From Labilithrix sp. (GTDB lineage Bacteria > Myxococcota_A > Polyangia > Polyangiales > Polyangiaceae): a stretch of DNA of 64,000 nt. A model generated the notes under the pieces. That model saw nothing but the letters and a program-made list of their open reading frames with translations, was not told the origin of the DNA and ran no database searches. The stretch lies in NCBI GenBank assembly GCA_019637155.1, contig JAHBWE010000017.1, positions 64,001-128,000 of the forward strand, written 5' to 3'. Each line of letters begins with the position of its first letter. The first letter of the stretch is position 1. This document shows, in pieces, positions 1 through 8,774 of the stretch. A program made the position numbers and the translations under genes.

Positions 1-658
1 CATCGCGAATGGCGACTGCATCGCGTCGCGCGTCAACGTGCATTATGCACGTATCGGCACGCGCTTCGGCATGGGGTTCGCGCCCACGGCCGAGGGCGGC
101 ATCGGCGGCGAGACGCTGTTCCTCTCGACCGAGCCGGCCTTCGGTCGCCTCCCCGACGGCCGCGTCGCGCGCGGCAACAGCCTCCTCGTCCGCATCGACG
201 ACGGCGCGCACATCCGGCTCGCCGGCGCGTTCCCCTCCGAGCTGCGCGGCCTCACCGGCGAGCTCTCGAGCCGCTCCGACGGCAAGCTGTTCGCGTTCTT
301 CACCGGCGAGCCGTTCTCGCTCGCGGAGATCGATCCCGCCACCGCCGGCGTCCGCTGGCAGAAGCCGCTCGAGGGCATGCGCTTCCGGCGCAGCGGCAGC
401 GGCTCGTGGGCCTTCGCCGCCGTCGGCGCCGAGTTCTTCTTCTTCTGGGCGGACAACGGCGGGCCCTCCACCGTGACGCGCCTCCGCGAAGACGGCACGC
501 TCGAGCACGTGATCCCGAACGCGGGGATCGAGATCGTCGGCGCCGGCGCGTCGACCTGCGCCACCGCGCACCCTCCCGCGCCCTTGGAGCCCGCGCCCTT
601 GGAGCCGCCACCGCTGCGGGCGCCGCGCCCGCCGATCCTGCGCCGGAGAATTCCCTGA
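1..658 (+). CDS. hypothetical protein, C-terminal fragment; the gene starts upstream of the window
   Basis: The frame is open from nt 2 with no stop back to the window edge. Composition is protein-like (GxxG, aromatic-rich FFFFW segment). The C-terminal tail carries PAPLEP tandem repeats. No family recognised. Confidence 0.4.
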   Translation, partial: IANGDCIASRVNVHYARIGTRFGMGFAPTAEGGIGGETLFLSTEPAFGRLPDGRVARGNSLLVRIDDGAHIRLAGAFPSELRGLTGELSSRSDGKLFAFFTGEPFSLAEIDPATAGVRWQKPLEGMRFRRSGSGSWAFAAVGAEFFFFWADNGGPSTVTRLREDGTLEHVIPNAGIEIVGAGASTCATAHPPAPLEPAPLEPPPLRAPRPPILRRRIP

Positions 659-678
659 GACGCGCTAGGATCCGGGGC

Positions 679-1743
679 GTGAAAACGCTCCTTCCTTTCG
701 CCGCCCTCCTCTCTCTATCCATCGCCAGCGCGTGCTCGTCCGGCGGCGACGCGGGGAGCAGCAGCGGAAACAGCAGCAGCGGAGGCTCGTCGAGCAACGG
801 CGGCACGACGAGCAGCGGCGGGAGCAGCACGACCTCGAGCGGCGGCAGCAGCACGACCTCGAGCGGCAACGTCGGCGGCGGCGACAGCGCGAGCTGCAAG
901 GACCTCCCCGCGACGTGCGGCGGCGCCAAGGACTGCTGCGCGGCGCAAGACGTCCCCGCCGCGACGTTCAACCGCGGCAACGATCCCGAGTTCCCCGCGA
1001 CCGTGAGCGCGTTCGCGCTCGACGTCTACGAGGTCACGGTGGGACGCTTCCGCAGGTTCGTCGACGCCGGCGCCGGCACGCAGGCGAGCCCGCCGGCCGC
1101 CGACGCGGGCGCGCACCCGCTGATCGCGAACAGCGGATGGAAGGCGGCGTGGAACGGCGAGCTCGCCGCCGACACCGCCGCGCTGAAAGAAGCGCTGAAG
1201 TGCAATCCCAGTTATCCCGCGTGGACGGATACGCCCGGCGAGAACGAGAACAAGCCGATGAACTGCATTACCTGGTACGACGCGCTCGCGTTCTGCGCGT
1301 GGGACGGCGGGCGCCTCCCGACCGAGGCCGAGTGGAACTCCGCCGCCGCCGGCGGCGCGGATCAACGCGAATATCCGTGGGGCGACGGCATCACCCTCGC
1401 GCAAGCCGCGTACGACTGCCGCGCCGACGGCTCCGGCGCCGGGGATTGCAAGTTCAGCGACATGCTCGCGGTCGGCTCGAAGTCGCCGGCAGGAGACGGC
1501 AAATACGGCCACGTCGATCTCGCCGGCAGCGTCTGGGAGTGGGTGCTCGACGACGGCGTCGAGCCTTATCGAATCAAGGACTGCAAGGACTGCGCGGACG
1601 TCCAATTCGGCGACAATCGCATGTTCCGCGGCGGCGGCTTTCCCAACGAGGATTACCTGCTCACCACCGGCGCGCGCATTTACGACGTCCCGACCGATCG
1701 CGACTACGACGTCGGCGTCCGCTGCGCGCGCGCGGCGAAGTAG
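679..1743 (+). CDS. formylglycine-generating-enzyme (FGE/SUMF1) family lipoprotein
   Basis: A GTG at 679 is in frame with the listed ORF. The N-terminus VKTLLPFAALLSLSIASAC is a lipoprotein signal with a lipobox Cys. A Ser/Gly-rich linker is followed by the FGE-sulfatase domain hallmarks: YEVTVGRFRRF, NCITWYDALAFCAW, LPTEAEWN and GSVWEWV. Confidence 0.75.
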   Translation: MKTLLPFAALLSLSIASACSSGGDAGSSSGNSSSGGSSSNGGTTSSGGSSTTSSGGSSTTSSGNVGGGDSASCKDLPATCGGAKDCCAAQDVPAATFNRGNDPEFPATVSAFALDVYEVTVGRFRRFVDAGAGTQASPPAADAGAHPLIANSGWKAAWNGELAADTAALKEALKCNPSYPAWTDTPGENENKPMNCITWYDALAFCAWDGGRLPTEAEWNSAAAGGADQREYPWGDGITLAQAAYDCRADGSGAGDCKFSDMLAVGSKSPAGDGKYGHVDLAGSVWEWVLDDGVEPYRIKDCKDCADVQFGDNRMFRGGGFPNEDYLLTTGARIYDVPTDRDYDVGVRCARAAK

Positions 1744-1961
1744 GGAATCAGCGGGGCGCTGCACGCCGCCACCGCCGTCGCCGAAACGAAGAGAAGACCA
1801 AGGAAGGCTCGCGGGCTCATGCCCCGTCTTCAGCAAGCGCTGGACCACATCACCCCACAGGTCACCTCGTCAGAAATCGCTCTGAAATCCACGCTTTCGA
1901 CGGTGATCGGCAAAGGGGCCACGAGCGATCCGTGGGCAACGGATGGGGAGTAATCTTCGAA

Positions 1962-3401
1962 ATGGCGCCCTGCGCGCCGAGCCCGATGAACCGCGACACC
2001 GTCCTCGTTCGCATCGACTGCGATCTGCGGCGCCTGCCGATCAACGCCAAGGAGGCGTTCTTCGTCTCGCAGCTCGACGGGCGCATCACGCTCGAGGAGG
2101 CGAGCGAGATCGCAGGGCTCGCGCTCGACGAGGGCATGAAGCTCGCCGGACGCTTGTCGATCCTCGGCGCCGTGAGGGACGCGAAGGCATGCACGGGCTC
2201 CACGCCGTCTGGCCCGCGCGGCGCCGGCCGCTCGACCACCGAGAAGAGATCGCGCCCGCCACGAAGCCTCGATCCGCGCGCCGAGGTCGCGTCCGAGCGT
2301 CCTCCGCGCGCCGACGTGGAGGAGGCTCCGCGCAAGACGACGTCGCGGCGGCTCGCGGCGCAGGTTCGCAAGGACTCGCCGCCGGGGATGCGCAAGGAGC
2401 GGCGGCGTTCGACGGGGTCGATGCCCGAGGTATGCGAGCTCGACGCCGGCGTGCAGGAGATGATCCGCGCGCTCGACACGAAGCTCGCCGCGGGCGTCGA
2501 TCACTACGCCGCGCTCGGGGTCGAGCGCACCGCCGACAAGAAGGAGATCACGCGCGCGTACTTCGCGCTCGCGGCGCAGCTCCACCCCGACCGCTTCTTC
2601 GGCAAGAAGCTGGGACCGCTCCGCGCCGCGATCGATCGCGTCTTCACGCGGCTCACGGCGGCGAACGACGAGCTCGCCACCAGCGCGCGCCGCGCCACGT
2701 ACGACGCGACGCTCCCGCCGCCGAAGAAGCCGTCGAGCGCACGGCGCCCGAGCAAGCGCATGCGGAGGTCTCAGCTCACCCCCGCCGTCGCGGTCGAGAA
2801 GCCGCCCGAGCCGCCTCCGTCTTCGAGCACGACGAACGATCCGGAGCGCTTCAAGAAGCTGCAAGCCGCGGCGCGCAACGTCGCCGGCGCGGAGCGCGCG
2901 ATGACGTGGGTCCGCGCCGCGGAGGAGGCGGTCCGCGCGGGCGACATCGTCGGCGCCGCGAACAACTACCGGCTCGCGCTCCAGATGCACGACGATCCCG
3001 TCATCCGGCAGAAGCTCGACGCGATCGACGCCCACTCGCGGGACCTCCGGCACGAGAAGTACCTCCTGAAAGGGCGCGCCGCCGAGCGCGCCCTGCGCTG
3101 GGCCGAGGCGGCCGATCACTACACGCGCGCGAACGAGGTACGGCGCGAGGCCTCCGTCGCCGAGCGCGCGGCGAACGCGCTCCGCCTCGGCAACGGCGAC
3201 CTCCGTCAGGCCACCGCCCTCGCCGAGCAAGCGGTGGCGCACGACGCGAAGAACGCGGACTACCGCGTCACGCTCGGAGAGGTCTACCTCGCGTCCGGCC
3301 TCGTTCAACGCGCGAAGGACGAGGCCGACGCGGCGATCAAGCTCTCCCCGAGCTACGCGCGCGCCAAGGCGCTCGTCGCCGCCGTCCGCGCGCGCTCGTA
3401 G
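1962..3401 (+). CDS. DnaJ (J-domain) protein with C-terminal TPR repeats
   Basis: ATG at 1962 (MAPCAPSPMNRD). The J-domain motif is DHYAALGVERTADKKEITRAYFALAAQLHPDRF. The C-terminal half is TPR-like (ALQMHDDPV..., LGNGDLRQATALAEQAVAHDAKNADY...). The upstream part of the listed 889-aa ORF is Arg-rich shadow frame. Confidence 0.8.
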   Translation: MAPCAPSPMNRDTVLVRIDCDLRRLPINAKEAFFVSQLDGRITLEEASEIAGLALDEGMKLAGRLSILGAVRDAKACTGSTPSGPRGAGRSTTEKRSRPPRSLDPRAEVASERPPRADVEEAPRKTTSRRLAAQVRKDSPPGMRKERRRSTGSMPEVCELDAGVQEMIRALDTKLAAGVDHYAALGVERTADKKEITRAYFALAAQLHPDRFFGKKLGPLRAAIDRVFTRLTAANDELATSARRATYDATLPPPKKPSSARRPSKRMRRSQLTPAVAVEKPPEPPPSSSTTNDPERFKKLQAAARNVAGAERAMTWVRAAEEAVRAGDIVGAANNYRLALQMHDDPVIRQKLDAIDAHSRDLRHEKYLLKGRAAERALRWAEAADHYTRANEVRREASVAERAANALRLGNGDLRQATALAEQAVAHDAKNADYRVTLGEVYLASGLVQRAKDEADAAIKLSPSYARAKALVAAVRARS

Positions 3402-3424
3402 CGCGGCGCACGTAGGCCGGCGCT

Positions 3425-4300
3425 CTAACGCGGAAGCGGCTCGCGGCGCGCGCGCCACGTCGCGGGGATCCCCTCCACGCCGACGGCGCAGGCGACGACG
3501 CCGCCCGCGATCGCGCACGTCGTGTCGCGATCGCCGAGGCCGGAGACCGTCGTCCACATCGCCTCTTCGTACGAGTCGAGGTGACGAGCGGCGCACCACA
3601 GCGCGAACGGAACGGTGTCGGACGAGATGACGCGAGCGCCGGTGCCGAGCGCGGCGGCGGCGGTCCGCGGATCGTAGGTGAGCGGCAGCGCGAGCGCCTT
3701 CGCGAGTCCGTCGCGCGTGGCGCCCGGCGGCGTGTGAAACACGACCTCCTCGAGGAGCGCGGCGCCGGCGACGAGCGGACGCCGGCACGCGATCGCCGCC
3801 GCGACCGCGACCGCGATCGCGCCGGCCTGACCGTCGGGGTGCGCGTGGGTCGGCTCGGCGGACGCGCGCGCCTCCGCGATCGTGCGCTCGAGATCGCCGG
3901 CGAAGTACGCGCCGATCGGCGCCGCGCGCATCGCGCCGCCGTTGCCCATCGAGCCCTGGCCGTCGAACACGCGGCCCGCCGCGACCGCCCACGGCACGCC
4001 GGCGCCGATCGCCTGCAGGATCCCGTGCGCGGTGCCGCCGTAGCCGCGCATCGGGTCCGCGCGGTAGCGATCCGCGAACGCCGTCGCGAGCGCGTCGCGG
4101 TCGACCTTGCCGTGCGCGTCCAGCACGAGGGCGATCGCGAGCGCCATCGCGGTGTCGTCGGTCCACTGCCATACCGCCGCCGCCGGCGCCGTCCGCTCCG
4201 CGATCCGCTCGAGCACGATCCCAGGCGGCCCGAAGAACTGCTCACCGAAGGCGTCGCCCACCGAGAGGCCCTCCAGCGCCGCGCGCATACGCTCCGTCAT
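3425..4300 (-). CDS. ADP-ribosylglycohydrolase (ARH/DraG family)
   Basis: Family motifs GSMGNGGAMRAAPIG and GDRDTTCAIAGG (the di-metal site DxD-T..A..G). Length 291 aa is typical. SGLGDRDTT lies near the C-terminus. Confidence 0.85.
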   Translation of the reverse strand: MTERMRAALEGLSVGDAFGEQFFGPPGIVLERIAERTAPAAAVWQWTDDTAMALAIALVLDAHGKVDRDALATAFADRYRADPMRGYGGTAHGILQAIGAGVPWAVAAGRVFDGQGSMGNGGAMRAAPIGAYFAGDLERTIAEARASAEPTHAHPDGQAGAIAVAVAAAIACRRPLVAGAALLEEVVFHTPPGATRDGLAKALALPLTYDPRTAAAALGTGARVISSDTVPFALWCAARHLDSYEEAMWTTVSGLGDRDTTCAIAGGVVACAVGVEGIPATWRARREPLPR

Positions 4301-4351
4301 CGGGTTCAGTGTGACGGAATCAGAAAGAGTCGCAAGGACTTTTATTCGGCG

Positions 4352-5176
4352 TCAACGAACCAGGACCCAGTCGTGCGTCGTCAGCTCGAGGTGGAAGTGG
4401 TTCTTGTGCTGCTGGTTCCAGTTCGGCGTCAGGATGACGGAGAACTGCCGCCCGGCCGCGCCGCAGACGAGGTCCCAGAGCTCGGTCGCGGCCGGCGTCA
4501 CCGGCTTCGGTCCGACGCCCGACTTGCACGTGAGCGAGCCGATGCGGCCGTGGAAGTCCTTCTCGACGACGAGCTTCGTCTTGTCGCGCTTGTCGAACTG
4601 GCCGATGTCGACCGCGAGCGCGGCGCAGTGCTGCTCGCCGGCGTACTTGTCCGTGCACCCGTTCTCCGACGGCGAGCGGTAGGACGAATAGACCTGCGCG
4701 CCGATCACGTCGCGCGCGGCGAGGGCGACGGAGAAGTCGTCGAGCGCGAGGACGAGCCGGCAGTCGATCTCGGTGTGCGGCGCGCGCGAGCGGTACGTCA
4801 CGCCGTGGAGCGGACCGTCGAGCTGGACCGGCGCGCGCACGCCGGGGAGATCGGCCGCGCGGCGGAACGCGATCTTACGCTTGTCGAGCTCCGCCTCGCA
4901 CGCGTCACGCGTCATCGTGGCGTACACGAGGACGGACGAGCCCTCCGGGAGCGAGAACAGCGAGTACGTCGTCGGCGGCGGCCCGCGGCGCTTCCACGTC
5001 GCCGACTCCGCGATCCACGGCGTGAGGGGCCCGCTCGACGTCGCGAGCGGCGGCGCCGGCTCGGGGATCGGGAGGTCGAGGTCCTCCGCCGTGACGCTCT
5101 CGACGGGCGCTTGCGTGCTCGAGGGCGCGGGCTTCGAGCACGCCGCGAGCAAGAGCAGAGGCAGGAAGGCGCGCAC
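4352..5176 (-). CDS. lipoprotein with an extensin-like C-terminal (M15-related) domain
   Basis: Signal MRAFLPLLLLAAC (lipobox). The C-terminal motifs EQHCAALAVDIGQF and HKNHFHLEL match the SxHxxGxAxDI / DxxHxDHFHLDL signature of the extensin-like C-terminal domain. Confidence 0.6.
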   Translation of the reverse strand: MRAFLPLLLLAACSKPAPSSTQAPVESVTAEDLDLPIPEPAPPLATSSGPLTPWIAESATWKRRGPPPTTYSLFSLPEGSSVLVYATMTRDACEAELDKRKIAFRRAADLPGVRAPVQLDGPLHGVTYRSRAPHTEIDCRLVLALDDFSVALAARDVIGAQVYSSYRSPSENGCTDKYAGEQHCAALAVDIGQFDKRDKTKLVVEKDFHGRIGSLTCKSGVGPKPVTPAATELWDLVCGAAGRQFSVILTPNWNQQHKNHFHLELTTHDWVLVR

Positions 5177-5201
5177 GACGGCGCGATGATAGCGCTGCGC
5201 G

Positions 5202-8200
5202 CTACGCGCGGAGGCCCTCGAGGTCGCGGACGAGCTCGCTGAAGACGATGCGCGGGAGGTCGCCGAGGGCGACGACGCCGTCGCGGCCGCGCACGACGAC
5301 GGCGCCGAGCTTCTGCTCCGGCGGCGACTCCGCCATCGCGCCGGCGAGGAGCCCGCCGTCGCCTTCGAGCGGGAGCGTCGCGCGGAGGCCGCGGGGCAGC
5401 TCCTTCTCGACGTCCCAGATCCAGCCCGCGTCTTGCGGCACGCCCTTCTTCCAGCCGCGTTGCTCGAGCCCGAGCACCTTCCCGGTCGGGACCTCCACGC
5501 CCTTCACGCGCGCGAGCTCCTTCGCCGCGCGCTCCGGCTCGGTCACGGCGAAGACCTCGCGATCGAGCTGCGCGAACGGCTGGATGATCTCGTAGTTGCC
5601 GAACACCTCGCCCCACGCGCGCAGGTCGGCGTCGGCGAGGACGAGCCGGTGCGGGAGGCCGACCACCGCGTCGCCGGCGAGCGAGAACGGATCGTCGTTC
5701 ACGTCGGCGAGCGTGCGGTCCTCCGCGACGCGGAACGTCTTCGTGACGGCGTCCTCCTCGTAGATCGCCCACACGAGCCGGCGCACGAGGTGGAACACGA
5801 GCGGATGCGCGACGAGGAGGCGCTCGAAGTCGGCGCCCGACCACCGTCGCTCCGTGCACATCGCGCGCTCGAGGCGCAGGATCTGGCTGCTCGCGACCGC
5901 CTTCGCGTCCTTCTTGAGCGCCTTCCACGTCGCGGTCGCCTCCGCGGCGGCGGCCTTGTCGTCGCTCGCCTTCGGCTTCGGCAGGTCGGCGCTCTTCCTC
6001 TTCGTCTCGTCGACGACGAACGGGACGAGGTCCTCGCCCCAGCCCACGCGGAAGCTGCGCGCGCCGAACGACAGCACGCGCGAGCCGTCGGGATCGAGAT
6101 CGAGCGCCGGCGCGATGCGGTCCGCGAGCTCGTCGCGGGTGAGGCCGCGCGCGTCGGCGATGTCCTCGATCTTCTCGCGCGCCTTCTCCTGCAGCCCCTT
6201 GAACTTGAGCTTCTCCGCGATCGCGTCGAGGTGCATCAGCGCGACGTCGGTCCCGATCTCGGCGAGGACGTCGAGCCCCTTCACCGCGCGCGCGTGCGCC
6301 GACTCGCCGGGCCACGCGCGGACGAACGGCGTGAGGCGCCGCGCGGCCTCGTCGCCGCCGAGGTGTCCGAGCGCGGTCATCATCCAGTCCTCCGGCGCCG
6401 GGGCGCCGTTCGTGAGCCACGTCTCGAAGAGCGCCCACGCGAAGCGCGCGAGCGACGCGCCGGTGCACGCGGCGATCACGTCGGCGAGGAGCGGATGCGC
6501 GTCGCGCGGCTCGCTCAGCGCGAGGAGGGTGAGGAGGTGCCGGACCGCGGTCTCGGGGAGCCGGCGGGAGGCCGCGCGCAGCACGACGGGCGGGAGCGCC
6601 TTCGGATCGAGCCAGGCGGGGAGCGGCGCGATCTTCGGCGGCGGTCCGTCCCAGGCGAGGATCGCGTCGAGCGCAGCGAGCACGCGCGGCTCCTTCGCCG
6701 CCGCCGCGCGCACGGCCGCCTCGTCGACGGCGGCGAGCACCTTCACCGCGGGCGCGTGGGTCTTCTGCGTCCGCTTCGAGAGCGCAGCGGGCAAGAGGCC
6801 GTGCGCGGAGGCGGCGGGGTACTTCGCGAAGTACGCGACCGCCTTCGGGCGCGCCTTCTTCGAGCGCGCGGCCGCGGCGGCGACGGCGACGGCGGCGCGA
6901 GGGGACTCGACCATCGAGAGCGCCTCGGCCGCGCCGGGGCCGTTCGCCTTCGCGACGTTCAAGACGAGCGGGAGCGCGTCGAGGCCGAAGCGCGCGAGCG
7001 CGTAGCGGAGATCGGCGACCTCCACCGTGGCGAGGCTCATCTCGTCGAAGCTCGCCGCGTCGATGACGACCTGCCGCGCGGCGGCGTCGCTCATCAGCTC
7101 GAGCCACGATCCGATGTGGCGGCGCGAGAGCCCGTCGAGCATCGAGCGCGCGGCGAGGTCCATCGCGGCGCTCTTGGGCTCGAGCTTCGCGGTGGCGGCG
7201 AACCACGACTTCACCGACGCGCCGGCGACGACGGGCGTCCGGCTCGCCTTCGCCATCTCTTCGTCGATGCGCTCCGGCCCGAACGGCAGCGTGATGCCCT
7301 CGATGATCGGCGGCGGCTTCGGCGGGGTCGCGAGCCACGGCGGCTCGACCAGCACGCGCGGGAGCTCGGCCGCGTCCGCCGCGGGCATCGCCTCGGTCGC
7401 CGGGGCGGGCGCGGCGCCGAGGACCTTCAAAAGCGATTCAGCGAAAATAATGTTTTTACCTCTTGAAGCGACGATGCCTTTCAGCACCGGCAGCGCGAGG
7501 TCGGGGCGGCGCGTGAAGAAGTCGCGCGCGACGGCGTCGACGCCCTTCTTGTGGAGCCAGCCGCCGAAGACGCGCGCCGTCTCGGCGTGCTCGAGCGTCG
7601 CGAGCACGGTCGCGACCGCGACCTCGGCGTCGCGGCTCCCGGCCTCTTCGAGCTGCTTCACGAGGAGCGGCGTCGCGGCGAGCCCGATCCGCTCGACGGC
7701 GAGGGCGTTCTTGAAGGTCCAGTCGAGCCCGAAGCGCGCGGCGAGCCCTTCGAGGGTCTTCGGATCGTCGACGAGGCGGAAGAGGACCTTCGCGTCGTAT
7801 CCGACCTGATCGCGCGGGAGCGCGAGCACCTCCGCCGCGTCCTCGTTCGCGAGCGCGGCGTCGTCGACCGCGGTCGCGAGCCCGATCCGCACCGTGAGCG
7901 GCGCGCCGGCGCGGAGCTTCACCGCCGCCGCGCGCATCGCCGCGCGCTCGGCGGGCTCGAGCGCGCGGCAGTGACGCGCGAGCACCTCCGCGACGTCCGT
8001 CTTCGCGCCGCACACGCTCGAGTCCCAGCTCCGCTCCGGCGCCACGCGCGTCACCCAGGTCGGCATCGCGTCGCGCGCCCCCGACGAGTCGTAGTGGCGA
8101 TAGTAGCTCCACATGCGCGACAGGACGTCGAGCGCGACCGCGGGCCCGCCGAGCGCGAGCCAGCGTTCGACCCACGCCGCGCGATGGTCGTCGTCGTACC

Positions 8201-8765
8201 CCGCGAGCGTGCAGCCCGCCGCTTCGACGTCGGGATCGATCGTCGCCGGCAGCGGCTCTTCGGCGTACCCGGCCTCGAGCTTCGCGCGGACGTCGGCCGT
8301 CTCGCTCGCCTCCCACTTCAGCTTCGCCTTCTCCCAGAGCGGCATCGCCGCCCGCACCCGCTCCGCGATGACGACCCCCGCCCCGGTCGCGGAAGGGACG
8401 ATCGCCTTCGCCGCCTCGCCACGCTGCTTCTCGAGGATCGCCTTCGCCGCGGGAGTCCAGAAGACGCGATCGCCCGCAGCTTCCCCCTTCGACGACAGGG
8501 GCGCGCCGAGCGGCGGAGCGGGCGCGGACGGCGCGGGCGCGGGTGATGCGGGCGGTGGCGCGACCTCCTTGTAGCCCTTCTTCGTCTTTTCGCGGATCAG
8601 CTTCTCCATCTCCGCGGTTGCGGCGGGGGGTGCGGCGAAGTCCTTTCGCTGCGTCTGGCCCTTCGTGCCGATCTTGCCGAACGAGACGTGCAGGGTCTTG
8701 CCGTCTTCGATGGCGACCTGCCAGAACTTGTTCGACGTGCCCTCGCTCAGCTCGAAGCGCCGCAT
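5202..8765 (-). CDS. WGR-domain plus DUF4132 protein (MolR/YehI-like), 1187 aa
   Basis: The N-terminal WGR domain reads RFELSEGTSNKFWQVAIEDGKTLHVSFGKIGTKGQTQRKDF...KLIREKTKKGY. It is followed by more than 1000 aa of alpha-helical sequence, matching the large DUF4132 proteins encoded next to MoxR/VWA/SWIM genes. The start is 9 nt after the SWIM gene stop. Confidence 0.8.
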   Translation of the reverse strand: MRRFELSEGTSNKFWQVAIEDGKTLHVSFGKIGTKGQTQRKDFAAPPAATAEMEKLIREKTKKGYKEVAPPPASPAPAPSAPAPPLGAPLSSKGEAAGDRVFWTPAAKAILEKQRGEAAKAIVPSATGAGVVIAERVRAAMPLWEKAKLKWEASETADVRAKLEAGYAEEPLPATIDPDVEAAGCTLAGYDDDHRAAWVERWLALGGPAVALDVLSRMWSYYRHYDSSGARDAMPTWVTRVAPERSWDSSVCGAKTDVAEVLARHCRALEPAERAAMRAAAVKLRAGAPLTVRIGLATAVDDAALANEDAAEVLALPRDQVGYDAKVLFRLVDDPKTLEGLAARFGLDWTFKNALAVERIGLAATPLLVKQLEEAGSRDAEVAVATVLATLEHAETARVFGGWLHKKGVDAVARDFFTRRPDLALPVLKGIVASRGKNIIFAESLLKVLGAAPAPATEAMPAADAAELPRVLVEPPWLATPPKPPPIIEGITLPFGPERIDEEMAKASRTPVVAGASVKSWFAATAKLEPKSAAMDLAARSMLDGLSRRHIGSWLELMSDAAARQVVIDAASFDEMSLATVEVADLRYALARFGLDALPLVLNVAKANGPGAAEALSMVESPRAAVAVAAAAARSKKARPKAVAYFAKYPAASAHGLLPAALSKRTQKTHAPAVKVLAAVDEAAVRAAAAKEPRVLAALDAILAWDGPPPKIAPLPAWLDPKALPPVVLRAASRRLPETAVRHLLTLLALSEPRDAHPLLADVIAACTGASLARFAWALFETWLTNGAPAPEDWMMTALGHLGGDEAARRLTPFVRAWPGESAHARAVKGLDVLAEIGTDVALMHLDAIAEKLKFKGLQEKAREKIEDIADARGLTRDELADRIAPALDLDPDGSRVLSFGARSFRVGWGEDLVPFVVDETKRKSADLPKPKASDDKAAAAEATATWKALKKDAKAVASSQILRLERAMCTERRWSGADFERLLVAHPLVFHLVRRLVWAIYEEDAVTKTFRVAEDRTLADVNDDPFSLAGDAVVGLPHRLVLADADLRAWGEVFGNYEIIQPFAQLDREVFAVTEPERAAKELARVKGVEVPTGKVLGLEQRGWKKGVPQDAGWIWDVEKELPRGLRATLPLEGDGGLLAGAMAESPPEQKLGAVVVRGRDGVVALGDLPRIVFSELVRDLEGLRA

Positions 8766-8774
8766 CCGCCCAGG

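Noticed and set aside
406-1743. Upstream start at 406 for the FGE-family ORF
   Set aside because: The first 90 codons are Arg-rich low-complexity. The in-frame GTG at 679 yields a proper lipoprotein signal peptide.
732-3401. 889-aa ORF as a single gene
   Set aside because: Only the last 480 codons (from ATG 1962) have protein-like composition, with the J-domain and TPR. The upstream part is Arg-rich shadow frame overlapping the FGE gene.
4912-7338. 808-aa Arg/Gly-rich ORF and similar long ORFs (8791..10572, 14629..16692, 39467..41017, 29319..31082 N-terminal part, 10775..11920)
   Set aside because: The composition is dominated by Arg/Ala/Gly/Pro, typical of off-frame or antisense reading of high-GC coding DNA. 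They overlap well-supported genes on the other strand or frame.
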